From assembly GCA_963768425.1 (NCBI GenBank), contig CAVYHV010000009.1, forward strand, positions 192,001 to 256,000: a DNA stretch of 64,000 bases, in the 5' to 3' direction. This stretch comes from Candidatus Bathyarchaeota archaeon. Lineage in GTDB: Archaea; Thermoproteota; Bathyarchaeia; Bathyarchaeales; Bathycorpusculaceae. The position numbers were made by a program, and so were the translations under genes. The notes under the pieces were generated by a model. That model saw only the letters and a program-made list of their open reading frames with translations, did not search any database and was not told where the DNA came from. Below, piece after piece: positions 63,777 through 64,000 of the stretch (its first letter is position 1; each line of letters starts with the position of its first letter).

Positions 63777-63930
63777 GAGGAAGCCTCTGGTGTCTCTTGT
63801 ATAATGTCGTAGTGGTGGAATTTATAACGATTATCCATAATAAACTATTCTTTTTATGGTTCATTAACGCTATTTGGCTTATAATTTTTAAATACATGGT
63901 GCACCCATTGACAGTGTGAGATGTACTGAT

Positions 63931-64000
63931 ATGTCCTTTAATTACGATGACTTGTTAAAGAAGGCTTGCTCTCAAATGCCAGAAGTCTCCCAAAAGCATG
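63931..64000 (+). CDS. Translation initiation factor 2 beta subunit, N-terminus (truncated by window)
   Basis: MSFNYDDLLKKACSQMPEVSQKH resembles the aIF-2beta start Y..LL.RA...LPE. Confidence 0.6.
   Translation, partial: MSFNYDDLLKKACSQMPEVSQKH

Noticed and set aside
18295-63812. Long antisense ORFs (e.g. 18295-18744, 20340-21086, 44343-44960, 48065-48778, 60807-61337)
   Set aside because: Shadows of well-supported genes on the opposite strand.

Overview
Archaeal chromosomal window. Gene content (archaeal short PurA, aIF-2beta, UppS, DUF373, DUF1614, PEF-CTERM surface proteins, TATA/BRE promoters) suggests Bathyarchaeia; this is inferred, not searched. Many genes are broken by single-base indels, most likely long-read errors. 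Layout: about 1-15.6 kb is a surface-glycan cluster (radical SAM, four GT4, GT2, methyltransferase, DUF362, wecB) interrupted by a small HTH-rich insert. About 15.7-48 kb is an accessory region with TA genes, beta-propeller, beta-helix and sedolisin surface proteins, stress microproteins, a zinc-ribbon operon, TasA-like proteins, a minimal PolX, a membrane-bound ArsR and an intact IS1182. About 48-64 kb is mostly core genes. Two main unexplained signals: (1) a gap-free 25-bp site, GCGCGCTGGYTTGTCCYNAAATTSR, found seven times at accessory gene boundaries, bordering two duplicated surface-protein cassettes and split once by IS1182, suggesting a site-specific cassette-shuffling system; (2) a ~230-nt non-coding RNA candidate (11984-12213) built from two equal 69-nt arms with covarying stems and covarying pseudoknots. 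Several other structured-RNA candidates are reported at lower confidence.
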